Shown here: positions 1 through 11,120 of the stretch, one piece after another | Numbering within the stretch: position 1 is the stretch's first letter | How the letters are laid out: every line of letters starts with the position of its first letter | Assembly (NCBI GenBank): GCA_002269645.1 | Contig: NIVC01005057.1 | Location: forward strand, 1 to 27,546 | Reading direction: 5' to 3' | DNA from: Macrostomum lignano | Lineage: Eukaryota | DNA length: 27,546 nucleotides | Program-made: the position numbers and the translations under genes | Notes under the pieces: generated by a model | What the model was told of the DNA's origin: nothing | Databases searched by the model: none | What the model saw: only the letters and a program-made list of their open reading frames with translations

Positions 1-976
1 TGAGTTTCGCCGAGGTCGAGAAAGCCTCGAAGATGAACATCGATCCGGGAGACCCTGTGACGCAGTGACTCCAGAAAATATCTGCGCTGTGTCCAGCATG
101 ATTGCCGCTGACCGGCGAGTGACCTACCAGCAGATCCAGCAGGAGATCGGTATTGGATCGGGGAGTGTGCACGCCATTATGCACGAACACCTTGGAGTGC
201 GGAAGCTGGCTTCCCGGTGGATCCCATCAGCTGTCGGACGTGCAGAAGGACACCAGGGTGGCTTGGTGCCGATTCATGCTGCAGAAATTCGAATCCGGGA
301 CAGCCGGCGTATCTGGACATCCTCACGGGCGATGAGACCTGGATTTATCAATACGACCCCGAAAGCAAGCGCCAGTCAGCCATGTGGACCTTTGAGACGA
401 GGACAGCCCCACCAAGTTTCGACGCAGCCGGAGTGTCGGCAAGCAGATGGTGGCTGTTTCTTCATGCGCACTGGGCATGTGGCTTCCGTTTCACTTGAAG
501 ATCGCCAACAGTCACCACTGACTGGTACACAACGGTTTGCCTGCCCAAGGTCTTTTTCTGCTGTGAGCCAGAGGCGCCCAAGGTGCGGAATGCGTGGGTG
601 CTTCTGCACCACGACAACGCCAGCGCGCACACGGCGGCTCAAACTCTGGAGTTTCTGGCTGACTGTGGGGTCCAGCTGATGACTCACCCTGCTTACAGTC
701 CAGACCTGGCACCGTGCGACTTTTTTCTGTTTCCGAAGTGCAAGGAGATTCTGAAGGGCCAGGTCTTTTCTTCACCGGAAGAAGCTGTGAATGAGTTTAA
801 AAACATCATCGAGGAGCTCCGGGATGAGGATTGGCGGCAGTGCTTCGACAGCTGGTTTCACAGGATGCAAGCCTGTATCAATGCCGGTGGAGAGTATTTT
901 GAGCACTTGTAGTCATTTTTTAGTTCATTTGTTGCTGTTTTCGTGTTCAAGCTAAGAACTTTCTGAGTGACCCTCG
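1..976 (+). mobile_element. Mariner (Tc1/mariner, DD34D) DNA transposon, 3' part; 5' end lies outside the window
   Basis: Transposase motifs are present (next feature). The element ends ...GAACTTTCTGAGTGACCCTCG then TA (977-978). Its reverse complement TA|CGAGGGTCACTCAGAAAGTTC is a typical mariner TIR start with a TA target site. TIR is roughly 947-976; the exact length needs the left end. Confidence 0.93.
2..912 (+). CDS. Mariner transposase (partial), interrupted by several apparent frameshifts
   Basis: Stitching frames gives EFRRGRESLEDEHRSGRP (HTH linker), RWIP/HQL (WVPHEL motif), DILTGDETW (first Asp), KFRRSRSVGKQMVAV, LLHHDNASAH (second Asp), HPAYSPDLAPCDFFLF (YSPDL motif and third Asp). 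Exactly 34 residues separate the second and third Asp. Ends GGEYFEHL-stop at 912. Confidence 0.92.
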
Positions 977-1153
977 TAACTGCTGACTTCAAAGTGAAAA
1001 TATTTTACTATGAACGGCCACTTGCAGTACATGAGGGACACTTGCAATAGAATCTTTAGTTGCTGTGAAATCCTTAGCTGATAACCAATACTGATAATCC
1101 ATGTCTTGCGAGAACAGCCAGCATTCCCCAGCTACAGCCCCCCATCCCACTTT

Positions 1154-3524
1154 TCCTACAGCTCACTATTATCCCTCAGTCCCTACAGCTCACTATATCC
1201 CACAGTCCCTACAGCTCACTATATCCCTCAGTCCCTACAGCTGACTATAACCCACAGTCCCTACAGCTCACTAAATCCCTCAGTCCCTACAGCTCACTAT
1301 ATCCCACAGTCCCTACAGCTCACTAAATCCCTCAGTCCCTACAGCTCACTATATCCCTCAGTCCCTACAGCTCACTATATCCCTCAGTCCCTACAGCTGA
1401 CTATATCCCTCAGTCCTACAGCTGACTATATCCCTCAGTCCCTACAGCTGACTAAATCCCTCAGTCCCTACAGCTGACTGGATCCCTCAGTCCCTACAGC
1501 TGACTAAATCCCTCAGTCCCTACAGCTCACTATATCCCTCAGTCCCTACAGCTGACTATATCCCTCAGTCCCTACAGCTGACTATATCCCTCAGTCCCTA
1601 CAGCTGACTATATCCTCAGTCCCTACAGCTGACTATATCCCTCAGTCCCTACAGCTGACTATATCCCTCAGTCCCTACAGCTGACTAAATCCTCAGTCCC
1701 TACAGCTGACTATATTCCTCAGTCCCTACAGCTGACTATATCCCTCAGTCCCTACAGCTGACTATATCCCTCAGTCCCTACAGCTGACTATATCCCTCAG
1801 TCCCTACAGCTGACTATATCCCTCAGTCCCTACAGCTCACTATATCCCTCAGTCCCTACAGCTGACTATAACCCACAGTCCCTACAGCTTCACTGTATCC
1901 CTCAGTCCCTACAGCTCACTAAATCCCTCAGTCCCTACAGCTCACTATATCCCACAGTCCCTACAGCTCACTAAATCCCTCAGTCCCTACAGCTCACTAT
2001 ATCCCTCAGTCCCTACAGCTCACTATATCCCTCAGTCCCTACAGCTGACTATATCCCTCAGTCCCTACAGCTGACTATATCCCTCAGTCCCTACAGCTGA
2101 CTAAATCCCTCAGTCCCTACAGCTGACTGGATCCCTCAGTCCCTACAGCTGACTAAATCCCTCAGTCCCTACAGCTCACTATATCCCTCAGTCCCTACAG
2201 CTGACTATATCCCTCAGTCCCTACAGCTGACTATATCCCTCAGTCCCTACAGCTGACTATATCCCTCAGTCCCTACAGCTGACTATATCCCTCAGTCCCT
2301 ACAGCTGACTATATTCCTCAGTCCCTACAGCTGACTAAATCCCTCAGTCCCTACAGCTGACTATATTCCTCAGTCCCTACAGCTGACTATATCCCTCAGT
2401 CCCTACAGCTGACTATATCCTCAGTCCCTACAGCTGACTATATCCCTCAGTCCCTACAGCTGACTATATCCCTCAGTCCCTACAGCTCACTATATCCCTC
2501 AGTCCCTACAGCTCACTGTATCCTCAGTCCCTACAGCTCACTAAATCCCACAGTCCCTACAGCTCACTAAATCCCACAGTCCCTACAGCTGACTATATCC
2601 CTCAGTCCCTACAGCTGACTATATCCCTCAGTCCCTACAGCTGACTATATCCCTCAGTCCCTACAGCTGACTAAATCCCTCAGTCCCTACAGCTGACTAA
2701 ATCCCTCAGTCCCTACAGCTGACTATATCCCTCAGTCCCTACAGCTCACTAAATCCCTCAGTCCCTACAGCTGACTATATCCCTCAGTCCCTACAGCTGA
2801 CTAAATCCCTCAGTCCCTACAGCTGACTATATTCCTCAGTCCCTACAGCTGACTATATCCCTCAGTCCCTACAGCTGACTATATCCCTCAGTCCCTACAG
2901 CTGACTATATCCCTCAGTCCCTACAGCTGACTATATCCCTCAGTCCCTACAGCTCACTATATCCCTCAGTCCCTACAGCTGACTATATCCCTCAGTCCCT
3001 ACAGCTCACTAAATCCCTCAGTCCCTACAGCTGACTATATCCCTCAGTCCCTACAGCTCACTATATCCCTCAGTCCCTACAGCTCACTATATCCCTCAGT
3101 CCCTACAGCTCACTAAATCCCACAGTCCCTACAGCTCACTAAATCCCACAGTCCCTACAGCTCACTGTATCCCTCAGTCCCTACAGCTCACTATATCCCT
3201 CAGTCCCTACAGCTCACTATATCCCTCAGTCCCTACAGCTCACTATATCCCTCAGTCCCTACAGCTCACTAAATCCCACAGTCCCTACAGCTCACTAAAT
3301 CCCTCAGTCCCTACAGCTCACTATATCCTCAGTCCCTACAGCTCACTGTATCCCTCAGTCCCTACAGCTCACTATATCCCTCAGTCCCTACAGCTCACTG
3401 TATCCCTCAGTCCCTACAGCTCACTAAATCCCACAGTCCCTACAGCTCACTGTATCCCTCAGTCCCTACAGCTCACTGTATCCCTCAGTCCCTACAGCTC
3501 ACTAAATCCCACAGTCCCTACAGC
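1154..3524. repeat. 26-bp minisatellite, ~90 copies, unit TCCCTCAGTCCCTACAGCTGACTATA
   Basis: Directly visible tandem array with variants CTCACT/CTGACT and ATAT/AAAT/GTAT. Explains ORF 1106..1477. Confidence 0.98.
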
Positions 3525-3869
3525 CCCATTACTAATAAATCATTACGGATGGTATTTCAAACGCCGGACATAAAAAAATAGTATAAACATCCTTTAGACT
3601 ATTTTATTTGTTAATGACACACTCCAAATTACATCCCGTTAGTAGCTACTGTAGTAAATGCAGCTAGTAAATTTAGAAACGGATGAAAAATAACAGCCAA
3701 ATCCTACATACAGACTCTTACATCATACTAAACTGCTTAATATATAAGCAAAGCCCCTCCATGCGTTATAGCTCGTATCCATTTGAATTCTTTGCTTTTT
3801 TAGATTTCCTGCATTAACTAATAGATTCTGTTTAAATTTGTTGATTTTCATCAACACAGTTTAGCAATA

Positions 3870-3895
3870 ATGGTTTTTGGCGGACTATTCCTCCG
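3870..3895 (+). CDS. Candidate small first coding exon of the ChaC gene (MVFGGLFLR, phase 2)
   Basis: ATG at 3870 is followed by a consensus donor CG|GTAAGT at 3896. Phase 2 matches the acceptor ACAG|A at 5083/5084 that enters the ChaC frame. Phase agreement alone occurs by chance one time in three. Confidence 0.35.
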
Positions 3896-3931
3896 GTAAG
3901 TGTCTCAAAGAATATTGTGTGAATATTGTGA

Positions 3932-4748
3932 GTGACTTGAAGAGTGACCAGTGTCTTGAAGAGTGACCAGTGGCTTGAAGAGTGACCATGGTAGCTTGAA
4001 GAGTGATTATTGGCTTGAAGAGTGATTATTGGCTTGAAGAGTGATTATTGGCTTGAAGAGTGATTATTGGCTTGAAGAGTGACCAGTAGCTTGAAGAGTG
4101 ATTATTGGCTTGAAGAGTGACCAGTAGCTTGAAGAGTGATTATTGGCTTGAAGAGTGATTATTGGCTTGAAGAGTGATTATTGGCTTGAAGAGTGATTAT
4201 TGGCTTGAAGAGTGATTATTGGCTTGAAGAGTATTGGCTTGAAGAGTGGCCAGTAGCTTGAAGAGTGATTATTGGCTTGAAGAGTGATTATTGGCTTGAA
4301 GAGTGATTATTGGCTTGAAGAGTGATTATTGGCTTGAAGAGTATTGGCTTGAAGAGTGGCCAGTAGCTTGAAGAGTGATTATTGGCTTGAAGAGTGACCA
4401 GTAGCTTGAAGAGTGATTATTGGCTTGAAGAGTGATTATTGGCTTGAAGAGTGATTATTGGCTTGAAGAGTGATTATTGGCTTGAAGAGTGATTATTGGC
4501 TTGAAGAGTGATTATTGGCTTGAAGAGTATTGGCTTGAAGAGTGGCCAGTAGCTTGAAGAGTGATTATTGGCTTGAAGAGTGACCAGTGGCTTGAAGAGT
4601 GACCAGTGGCTTGAAGAGTGACCAGTGGCTTAAAGAGTGACCAGTGGCTTGAATAGTGACCAGTGGCTTGAAGAGTGACGAGTGGCTTGAAGAGTGACCA
4701 GTGGCTTGAAGAGTGACGAGTGGCTTGAAGAGTGACCAGTGGCTTGAG
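3932..4748. repeat. 19-bp minisatellite, ~43 copies, unit GCTTGAAGAGTGACCAGTG / GCTTGAAGAGTGATTATTG
   Basis: Visible tandem array with two main variants. A shortened variant (GAGTATTGGC followed by GGCCAGTAG) recurs near 4229, 4339 and 4525. Explains the minus-strand ORFs at 4512-4818. Confidence 0.97.
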
Positions 4749-5083
4749 TACATGTGCCAACCCGCAGCTTAAAGAGGAAGCTACAGACTAGAATGGGAAG
4801 TCGTGTTATGTCAGACAATTTTTCTCTTCTACATGTAAACCTAATTTAGCTCTGGAATGCAAAGCTGTTGTCTGTAGTGCAGACCCCTACAGTGCGCAGT
4901 TTGCCGAAGTGCGCAGTTTGCCCCCCCCCGCACAGGACCAATAAAAAAGACAAAAAACATCCCTGACTGAGTTGGTTGAATCAAAAGGAATCGAACCCCC
5001 CCCCCCGTAGTCATGGCGATGTGTTCTGCTCACACATGTACTTTTCAAATCGATGCCTACTGCATTCAAGTAGTATATAACAG

Positions 5084-5326
5084 ACTCAATTGTGTCTGCC
5101 ATCGGAATGGCAGGACGGACTACAGCATCCCGCAGCTGTCTTCATCTGAGCTCGAATCGCTTGCCGACCGGCTCATCGCCGAGAATTCGCCACTGTTGGT
5201 CTTCGGCTACGCCTCGGTGGTGTGGAATCAGGGATTCCCGGTCCGCGGCAGGATTGTCGGGTCGGTCGATGGTTCAAGCGGCGGTTCTACCAGGGCAACG
5301 TGAGCCACCGGGGCAGGCCGGGCAGG
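5084..5326 (+). CDS. CHAC1: ChaC-family gamma-glutamylcyclotransferase, N-terminal exon (one apparent 1-nt deletion near 5273)
   Basis: Encodes LLVFGYASVVWNQGFP...VGSVDG, then after a frame change FKRRFYQGNVSHRGRPGR. This matches the ChaC pattern VFGYGSLxW...RRFWQGSxDHRGxPxxPGR. GGTTC where GGTTTC is needed restores the frame. Donor AGG|GTGAGC at 5327. The 5' boundary is uncertain (acceptor at 5083 versus an ATG at 5107 in another frame). Confidence 0.85.
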
Positions 5327-5410
5327 GTGAGCACTGCATGTTCTCTGCATGCTACTCACAACTTTAATTCAGTAGCTAGACGAAAATATCTATTCTTTAA
5401 ATAATGCTTT

Positions 5411-5702
5411 GCCGATATGTATCGAAAAGATTGTTACTTACGATTGTTTTGCATTCTGAATGCAGTATATGATACTTGCAACCATTGACAGACGCTGTCG
5501 ATATGTATCGAAAATAATCAAACTATATCCTTCTATATGTATCTATATATCGAAGCATATCTAGAACCGACCAAAATAGGTTTTAAGAGTTAAAGTTTGG
5601 TGCCGATATGTATCGAAACTAATTTTCTCCGGAGGCTCGACTCATGCTAGTCTCAATAAAATATTTTCTGTAATTAAGCATCGTCGCCGATATGTATCGA
5701 AA
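5411..5702. repeat. Four spaced copies of the 17-bp motif GCCGATATGTATCGAAA inside the ChaC intron
   Basis: Copies start at 5411, 5497 (GTCGA variant), 5602 and 5686, separated by apparently unrelated sequence. The core CGATA-TG-TATCG is a dyad. Confidence 0.9.
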
Positions 5703-5729
5703 CTCGCGTTACTGACGCTCGACCCGCAG

Positions 5730-6203
5730 CCCGGCAGGGTCGCCACGCTGGTGCCGTGCGAGGGTGCCACGGTCTGGGGCACGGCCTTCGAGGTTGTCGG
5801 CGCCGAGGCGATCCGAGCCGCCGTCGCCCACCTCACGCAGCGAGAGGTGCGGCTGGGCGGCTACGTTTGCGTCCGGGTCCGGTTTCGGCCGCTGCATTCG
5901 GCCAGCAGCCGGGAGGCCTTCGCGTTCGTCGCCCTGCCGGACAACCCGCAGTACCTCGGCAAGGAAAGCCTCGAGCGGCAGGCGCGCCAGATGGCGCTCG
6001 CCGCCGGCCCGAGTGGCGCCAATGCCGACTACCTGCGCGGCGTCGCCCAATTCATGCTCAGCGAGGTGCCCGACGCCGAGGCCCGCGACCCGCACCTGTT
6101 CCGCCTGCTGCGCCGCATGGAGGCCGAGTTGGCGAAGGCGGCTTGCACTGAGCGACATGGCCGGCCTCCAGAACTCGACACCTGGTGCACGGGAAGTGCT
6201 TGA
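5730..6203 (+). CDS. CHAC1: ChaC-family gamma-glutamylcyclotransferase, last exon
   Basis: Branch-like CTGAC at 5712, acceptor CCGCAG| at 5729, phase 0. Encodes PGRVATLVP...VWGTAFEV...LTQREVRLGGY (catalytic Glu in RE)...FVALPDNPQYLG...AAGPSGANADYL, collinear with CHAC1-type proteins. Stop at 6203, AATAAA at 6285-6290. Assignment to CHAC1 rather than CHAC2 is tentative. Confidence 0.92.
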   Translation, partial: PGRVATLVPCEGATVWGTAFEVVGAEAIRAAVAHLTQREVRLGGYVCVRVRFRPLHSASSREAFAFVALPDNPQYLGKESLERQARQMALAAGPSGANADYLRGVAQFMLSEVPDAEARDPHLFRLLRRMEAELAKAACTERHGRPPELDTWCTGSA

Positions 6204-6359
6204 TCCCCTCCTCCTCTAACGACTGACTTTTCTCTCACTGATTGTGTGGTAATGATAAGTTTTTTTAGCTGACAGACCGGCTCTAATAAATCTGCATTGC
6301 TACAGTACGTCTCTGTTCAAACTGATATTGATGAATTTTCAACTCGATTTATTATTATA

Positions 6360-8873
6360 CCCACAGATAGATTCTCATCCCCAACACATCTATTCTCATC
6401 CCCCACAGATCTATTCTCATCTCACACAGATCTATTCTCATCTCACACAGATCGATTCTCATCCCCCACACATCGATTCTCATCCCCCACACATCGATTC
6501 TCATCCCCCACACATCGATTCTCATCCCCAACACATCTATTCTCATCCCCCACAGATCTATTCTCATCTCACACAGATCGATTCTCATCCCCCACACATC
6601 GATTCTCATCCCCCACACATCGATTCTCATCCCCCACACATCGATTCTCATCTCCAACACATCGATTCTCATCCCCCACAGATCGATTCTCATCCCCTCA
6701 AATTTATTCTCATCCCCCACAAATCGATTCTCATCCCCCACACATCGATTCTCATCCCCCACACATCGATTCTCATCCCCAACACATCTATTCTCATCCC
6801 CCACAGATCTATTCTCATCTCACACAGATCGATTCTCATCTCACACAGATCGATTCTCATCCCCCACACATCGATTCTCATCCCCCACACATCGATTCTC
6901 ATCCCCCACACATCGATTCTCATCTCCAACACATCGATTCTCATCCCCCACACATCGATTCTCATCCCCTCAAATTTATTCTCATCCCCCACACATCGAT
7001 TCTCATCCCCCCACACATCGATTCTCATCCCCCACACATCGATTCTCATCCCCCTCAGATCTATTCTCATCCCCAACACATCGATTCTCATCCCCCTCAG
7101 ATCTATTCTCATCCTCCACACATCGATTCTCATCCCCCACACATCGATTCTCATCCCCCACACATCGATTCTCATCCCCAACACATCTATTCTCATCCCC
7201 CACAGATCTATTCTCATCTCACACAGATCGATTCTCATCTCACACAGATCGATTCTCATCCCCCACACATCGATTCTCATCCCCCACACATCGATTCTCA
7301 TCTCCAACACATCGATTCTCATCCCCCACAGATCGATTCTCATCCCCCTCAAATTTATTCTCATCCCCCACACATCGATTCTCATCCCCCACAGATCTAT
7401 TCTCATCCCCCACAGATCGATTCTCATCCCCCACACATCGATTCTCATCCCCCACACATCGATTCTCATCCCCCTCAGATCTATTCTCATCCCAACACAT
7501 CGATTCTCATCCCCCTCAGATCTATTCTCATCCTCCACAGATCGATTCTCATCCCCCACACATCGATTCTCATCCCCCACACATCGATTCTCATCCCCCA
7601 CACATCGATTCTCATCCCCCACACATCGATTCTCATCCCCCACACATCGATTCTCATCCCCCACACATCGATTCTCATCCCCCACAGATCTATTCTCATC
7701 CCCCACAGATCGATTCTCATCCCCCACACATCGATTTTCATCCCCACACATCGATTCTCATCCCCCACAGATCGATTCTCATCCCCCACACATCGATTCT
7801 CATCCCCCACACATCGATTCTCATCCCCCTCAGATCTATTCTCATCCCAACACATCGATTCTCATCCCCCTCAGATCTATTCTCATCCTCCACAGATCGA
7901 TTCTCATCCCCCACACATCGATTCTCATCCCCCACACATCGATTCTCATCCCCCACACATCGATTCTCATCCCCCACACATCGATTCTCATCCCCCACAC
8001 ATCGATTCTCATCCCCCACACATCGATTCTCATCCCCCACAGATCTATTCTCATCTCACACAGATCGATTCTTATCCCCCACACATCGATTCTCATCCCC
8101 CACACATCGATTCTCATCCTCCACACATCGATTCTCATCCCCCACACATCGATTCTCATCCCCCACACATCGATTCTCATCCCCCACACATCGATTCTCA
8201 TCCCCCACACATCGATTCTCATCCCCCACACATCGATTCTCATCCCCACACATCGATTCTCATCCCCCTCAGATCTATTCTCATCCCCCACAGATCGATT
8301 TTCATCCCCCACACATCGATTCTCATCCCCCACACATCGATTCTCACCCCCCACACATCGATTCTCATCCCCCTTAGATCTATTCTCAACCCCCAAACAT
8401 CGATTCTAATCCCCCACACATCGATTCTCATCCCCCTCAGATCTATTCTCATCCCCCACACATCGATTCTCATCCCCCACACATCGATTCTCATCCATCA
8501 CACATCGATTCTCACCCCCACACATCGATTCTCATCCCCCTTAGATCTATTCTCATCCCCCAAACATCGATTCTCATCCCCCACACATCGATTCTCATCC
8601 CCCTCAGATCTATTCTCATCCCCCACACATCGATTCTCATCCCCCACACATCGATTCTCATCCCCCACACATCGATTCTCATCCCCCACACATCGATTCT
8701 CATCCCCCACACATCGATTCTCATCCCCCACACATCGATTCTCATCCCCCACACATCGATTCTCATCCCCCACAGATCGATTCTCACCCCCACAGATCGA
8801 TTCTCATCCCCCACAGATCGATTCTCACCCCCACAGATCGATTCTCATCTCCCCCAGATCGATTCTCATCCTC
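6360..8873. repeat. 21-bp minisatellite, ~120 copies, unit CGATTCTCATCCCCCACACAT
   Basis: Visible tandem array with variants AGATCT/AGATCG/ACATCG and a variable C-run. Accounts for all HIDSHPP, RFSSPTH, GDENRCV and MRIDVWG ORFs. Confidence 0.98.
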
Positions 8874-9224
8874 ATGAGTCATCGATGAGGTGTCTGGTAG
8901 GCACCGGTAGTCAGTTAGCGTCCAAGTCTCAATGCGCACCTGCTGCTGGACCGATCTGCAGGCTCAAGGCAGCTATTGGAAAGAGTCAATTACGATTATG
9001 CAGGCTCGATTTCATTTCGATTATTATGATTTTTATGGCTACGACGATGCTAAATTTAAATCAGGATGATTTCTAGGGCTGAATAAACAGTGACCGGAAA
9101 TACGAGTACTTCGTAAGCTCACATCATTACCGCTGCAATACAGCCAATGAGGAGAGATGAGACAATGTAGTCTCAACAATAGACTACACTACCATAGACT
9201 ATACGCTCCCATAGACTAAACTAC

Positions 9225-10610
9225 TGTGGTGACAGGGGAAATCCCGGTCTTCTCTTCCAGAGTCCGGGCTCGTATACTGACCCTCGCTGTGGTCGCCAAC
9301 CTACTCGCGTACGACGAGGTGCTGGTCCGGGGGGTCCTTGGGACAGGCGTACGACGCTCCGATCCCGCCTAAGCGGCCAACCCCAAAACCTCAAAAGAAC
9401 ACGACTGAAGGCTCACGGTTACGGGTGACGTGTGGTCTATTTCTCCGGGTACACAGGGCAGCACGGCACAGTCGCAAATGAGAACGCGAATGAGTTACAA
9501 ACTAGCAATCTAGTGCCCCCTTCGGGACGCCCAATAAGCAAGGAGCAAAAGTTATTCATGGAAAACAATTAAAGGGCAAATTTTCTTAGGAACCTGTTCC
9601 TTCTTCACTTTTAAAAATCACCTTATTCAAGTAAAATTGTCACGGACAAAGATTTTTGCTGTGAATCTCTTTTTTCTAAAAATAACAAAGACGACAAAAT
9701 GAAGCTTTCACAAAGGTAACAGACATTCCCCTTAAATAGAAAACATCCCCAAGAAAGCAAGCATCCCCCCCAGATAGCAAGCATCCCCCCAGACAGCAAG
9801 CACCCCCAGACAGCAAGCATCCCCAGATAGCAAGCATCCCCCAGACAGCAAGCACCCCCAGATAGCAAGCATCCCCCAGATAGCAAGCATCCCTCAGATA
9901 GCAAGCATCCCCCAGATAGCAATTAAGCATCTCCCAGATAGCAAGCATCCCCCAGACAGCAAGCATCCCCCAGACAGCAAGCACCCCCAGATAGCAAGCA
10001 TCCCCCAGATAGCAAGCATCCCCAGATAGCAAGCATCCCTCAGATAGCAAGCATCCCCCAGATAGCAATTAAGCATCTCCCAGATAGCAAGCATCCCCAG
10101 ACAGCAAGCACCCCCAGATAGCAAGCATCCCCCAGATAGCAAGCATCCCCAGATAGCAAGCATCCCCCAGATAGCAAGCATCCCTCAGATAGCAAGCATC
10201 CCCCAGATAGCAATTAAGCATCTCCCAGATAGCAAGCATCCCAGCAGACGACGGCCGCGCGGCTTAGAGAGGCCAACCCATGCTGGATGAAGGAATACTA
10301 TGGATTGCTCATCTGAAATCATATATGGTCAATAGTATTCCTTCAACTATGGGCCAACCGCCCCAAACAGCGCGAGGGAGGGGTAGGCTCAGTCAATCAG
10401 ACTGCATGCTTCACGGCCCAGACAACAATGTCTACCCCGGCTAAAGCCAAACGCCAGGCTGTACGCAGGCTTACTCATGACAAAAAGGGCAGAATTAGAG
10501 ACTAAGGGTGGGCCGGTTTTCACCAGTTCGGCACGCGCGTAGAGGAGAAATAAACAAGCAGAGAGGACATTGCGTCCTTTAAATGGACTGGGGGAGGTGT
10601 ACTCACCACA
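9225..10610. mobile_element. Solo-LTR-like insertion (Gypsy-type termini), 1386 bp
   Basis: Begins TGTGGTGA and ends TCACCACA (8-bp perfect inverted termini, TG...CA). Flanked by a 4-bp direct repeat CTAC (9221-9224 and 10611-10614). It interrupts the CATAGACTATA satellite, which resumes in register. AATAAA at 10549-10554. No coding remnant seen. Confidence 0.78.
9742..10243. repeat. ~18-bp minisatellite GATAGCAAGCATCCCCCA inside the LTR-like element
   Basis: About 27 copies with a variable C-run. A marker variant GCAATTAAGCATCTCC recurs three times (near 9920, 10066, 10210), giving a ~145-bp higher-order period. Confidence 0.95.
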
Positions 10611-11120
10611 CTACCATAGACTATACGCTCCCATAGACTGAACTACCATAGACTATATTCCCATAAAGTCATAGACTATACTCCCATAGACTGAACTACC
10701 ATAGACTATATTCCCATAAAGTCATAGACTATACTCCCATAGACTGAACTACCATAGACTATACTCCCATAGACTATACTCCCATAGACTATACTCCCAT
10801 AGACTATACTCCCTTAGACTATACTCCCATAGACTATACTCCCATGGACTATACTCCCATAGACTATACTCCCATAGACTATACTCCCATAGACTATACT
10901 CCCTTAGACTATAGTCACTGACTATAATCCCATAGATTATAGTCCCATAGGCTAGTCCAATACACTAGTGCCATAGAAAATTCCCATAGACTATAGTCAT
11001 AGAGATTATAGTCCCGTAGACTATGATCCCTTAAACTAGTCCCATAGATTATATTCTCGTAGACTTATTCTCCCATAGAGTAATCCCATAGACTATAGTC
11101 TCATCAAGTAGTCCCATAGA
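10611..11120. repeat. 15-bp minisatellite ATAGACTATACTCCC, decaying rightwards
   Basis: Homogeneous at ~10760-10910 and degenerate beyond. A stub of the same array (9181-9224) lies left of the LTR-like insertion. Confidence 0.93.

Noticed and set aside
4987-4997. Perfect B-box GGTTCGATTCC on the minus strand, with a similar TGACTAyG(n)TTCG string at ~11820
   Set aside because: No A-box or cloverleaf could be built and the match adjoins a G homopolymer, so a tRNA or SINE call is not supported.
5411-5702. CRISPR-like look of short palindromic repeats with unique spacers
   Set aside because: The repeat is only 17 bp, spacers are 67-88 bp and uneven, the setting is a eukaryotic intron, and there are no cas genes. 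Kept as a spaced-motif finding instead.
5642-6238. Several overlapping 130-150-aa ORFs on both strands
   Set aside because: Shadow frames of the GC-rich ChaC exon; only the 5751 frame carries family motifs.
6297-8888. 863-aa and 693-aa ORFs with heptad repeats (RFSSPTH, HIDSHPP) superficially like the RNA polymerase II CTD
   Set aside because: These are translations of a 21-bp satellite that lacks stops in most frames on both strands. The peptide switches register at every C-run indel, and there is no unique domain or splice context.
9623-10181. Hydrophobic Cys/Gly-rich minus-strand ORFs
   Set aside because: Translations of the 18-bp satellite inside the LTR-like element.
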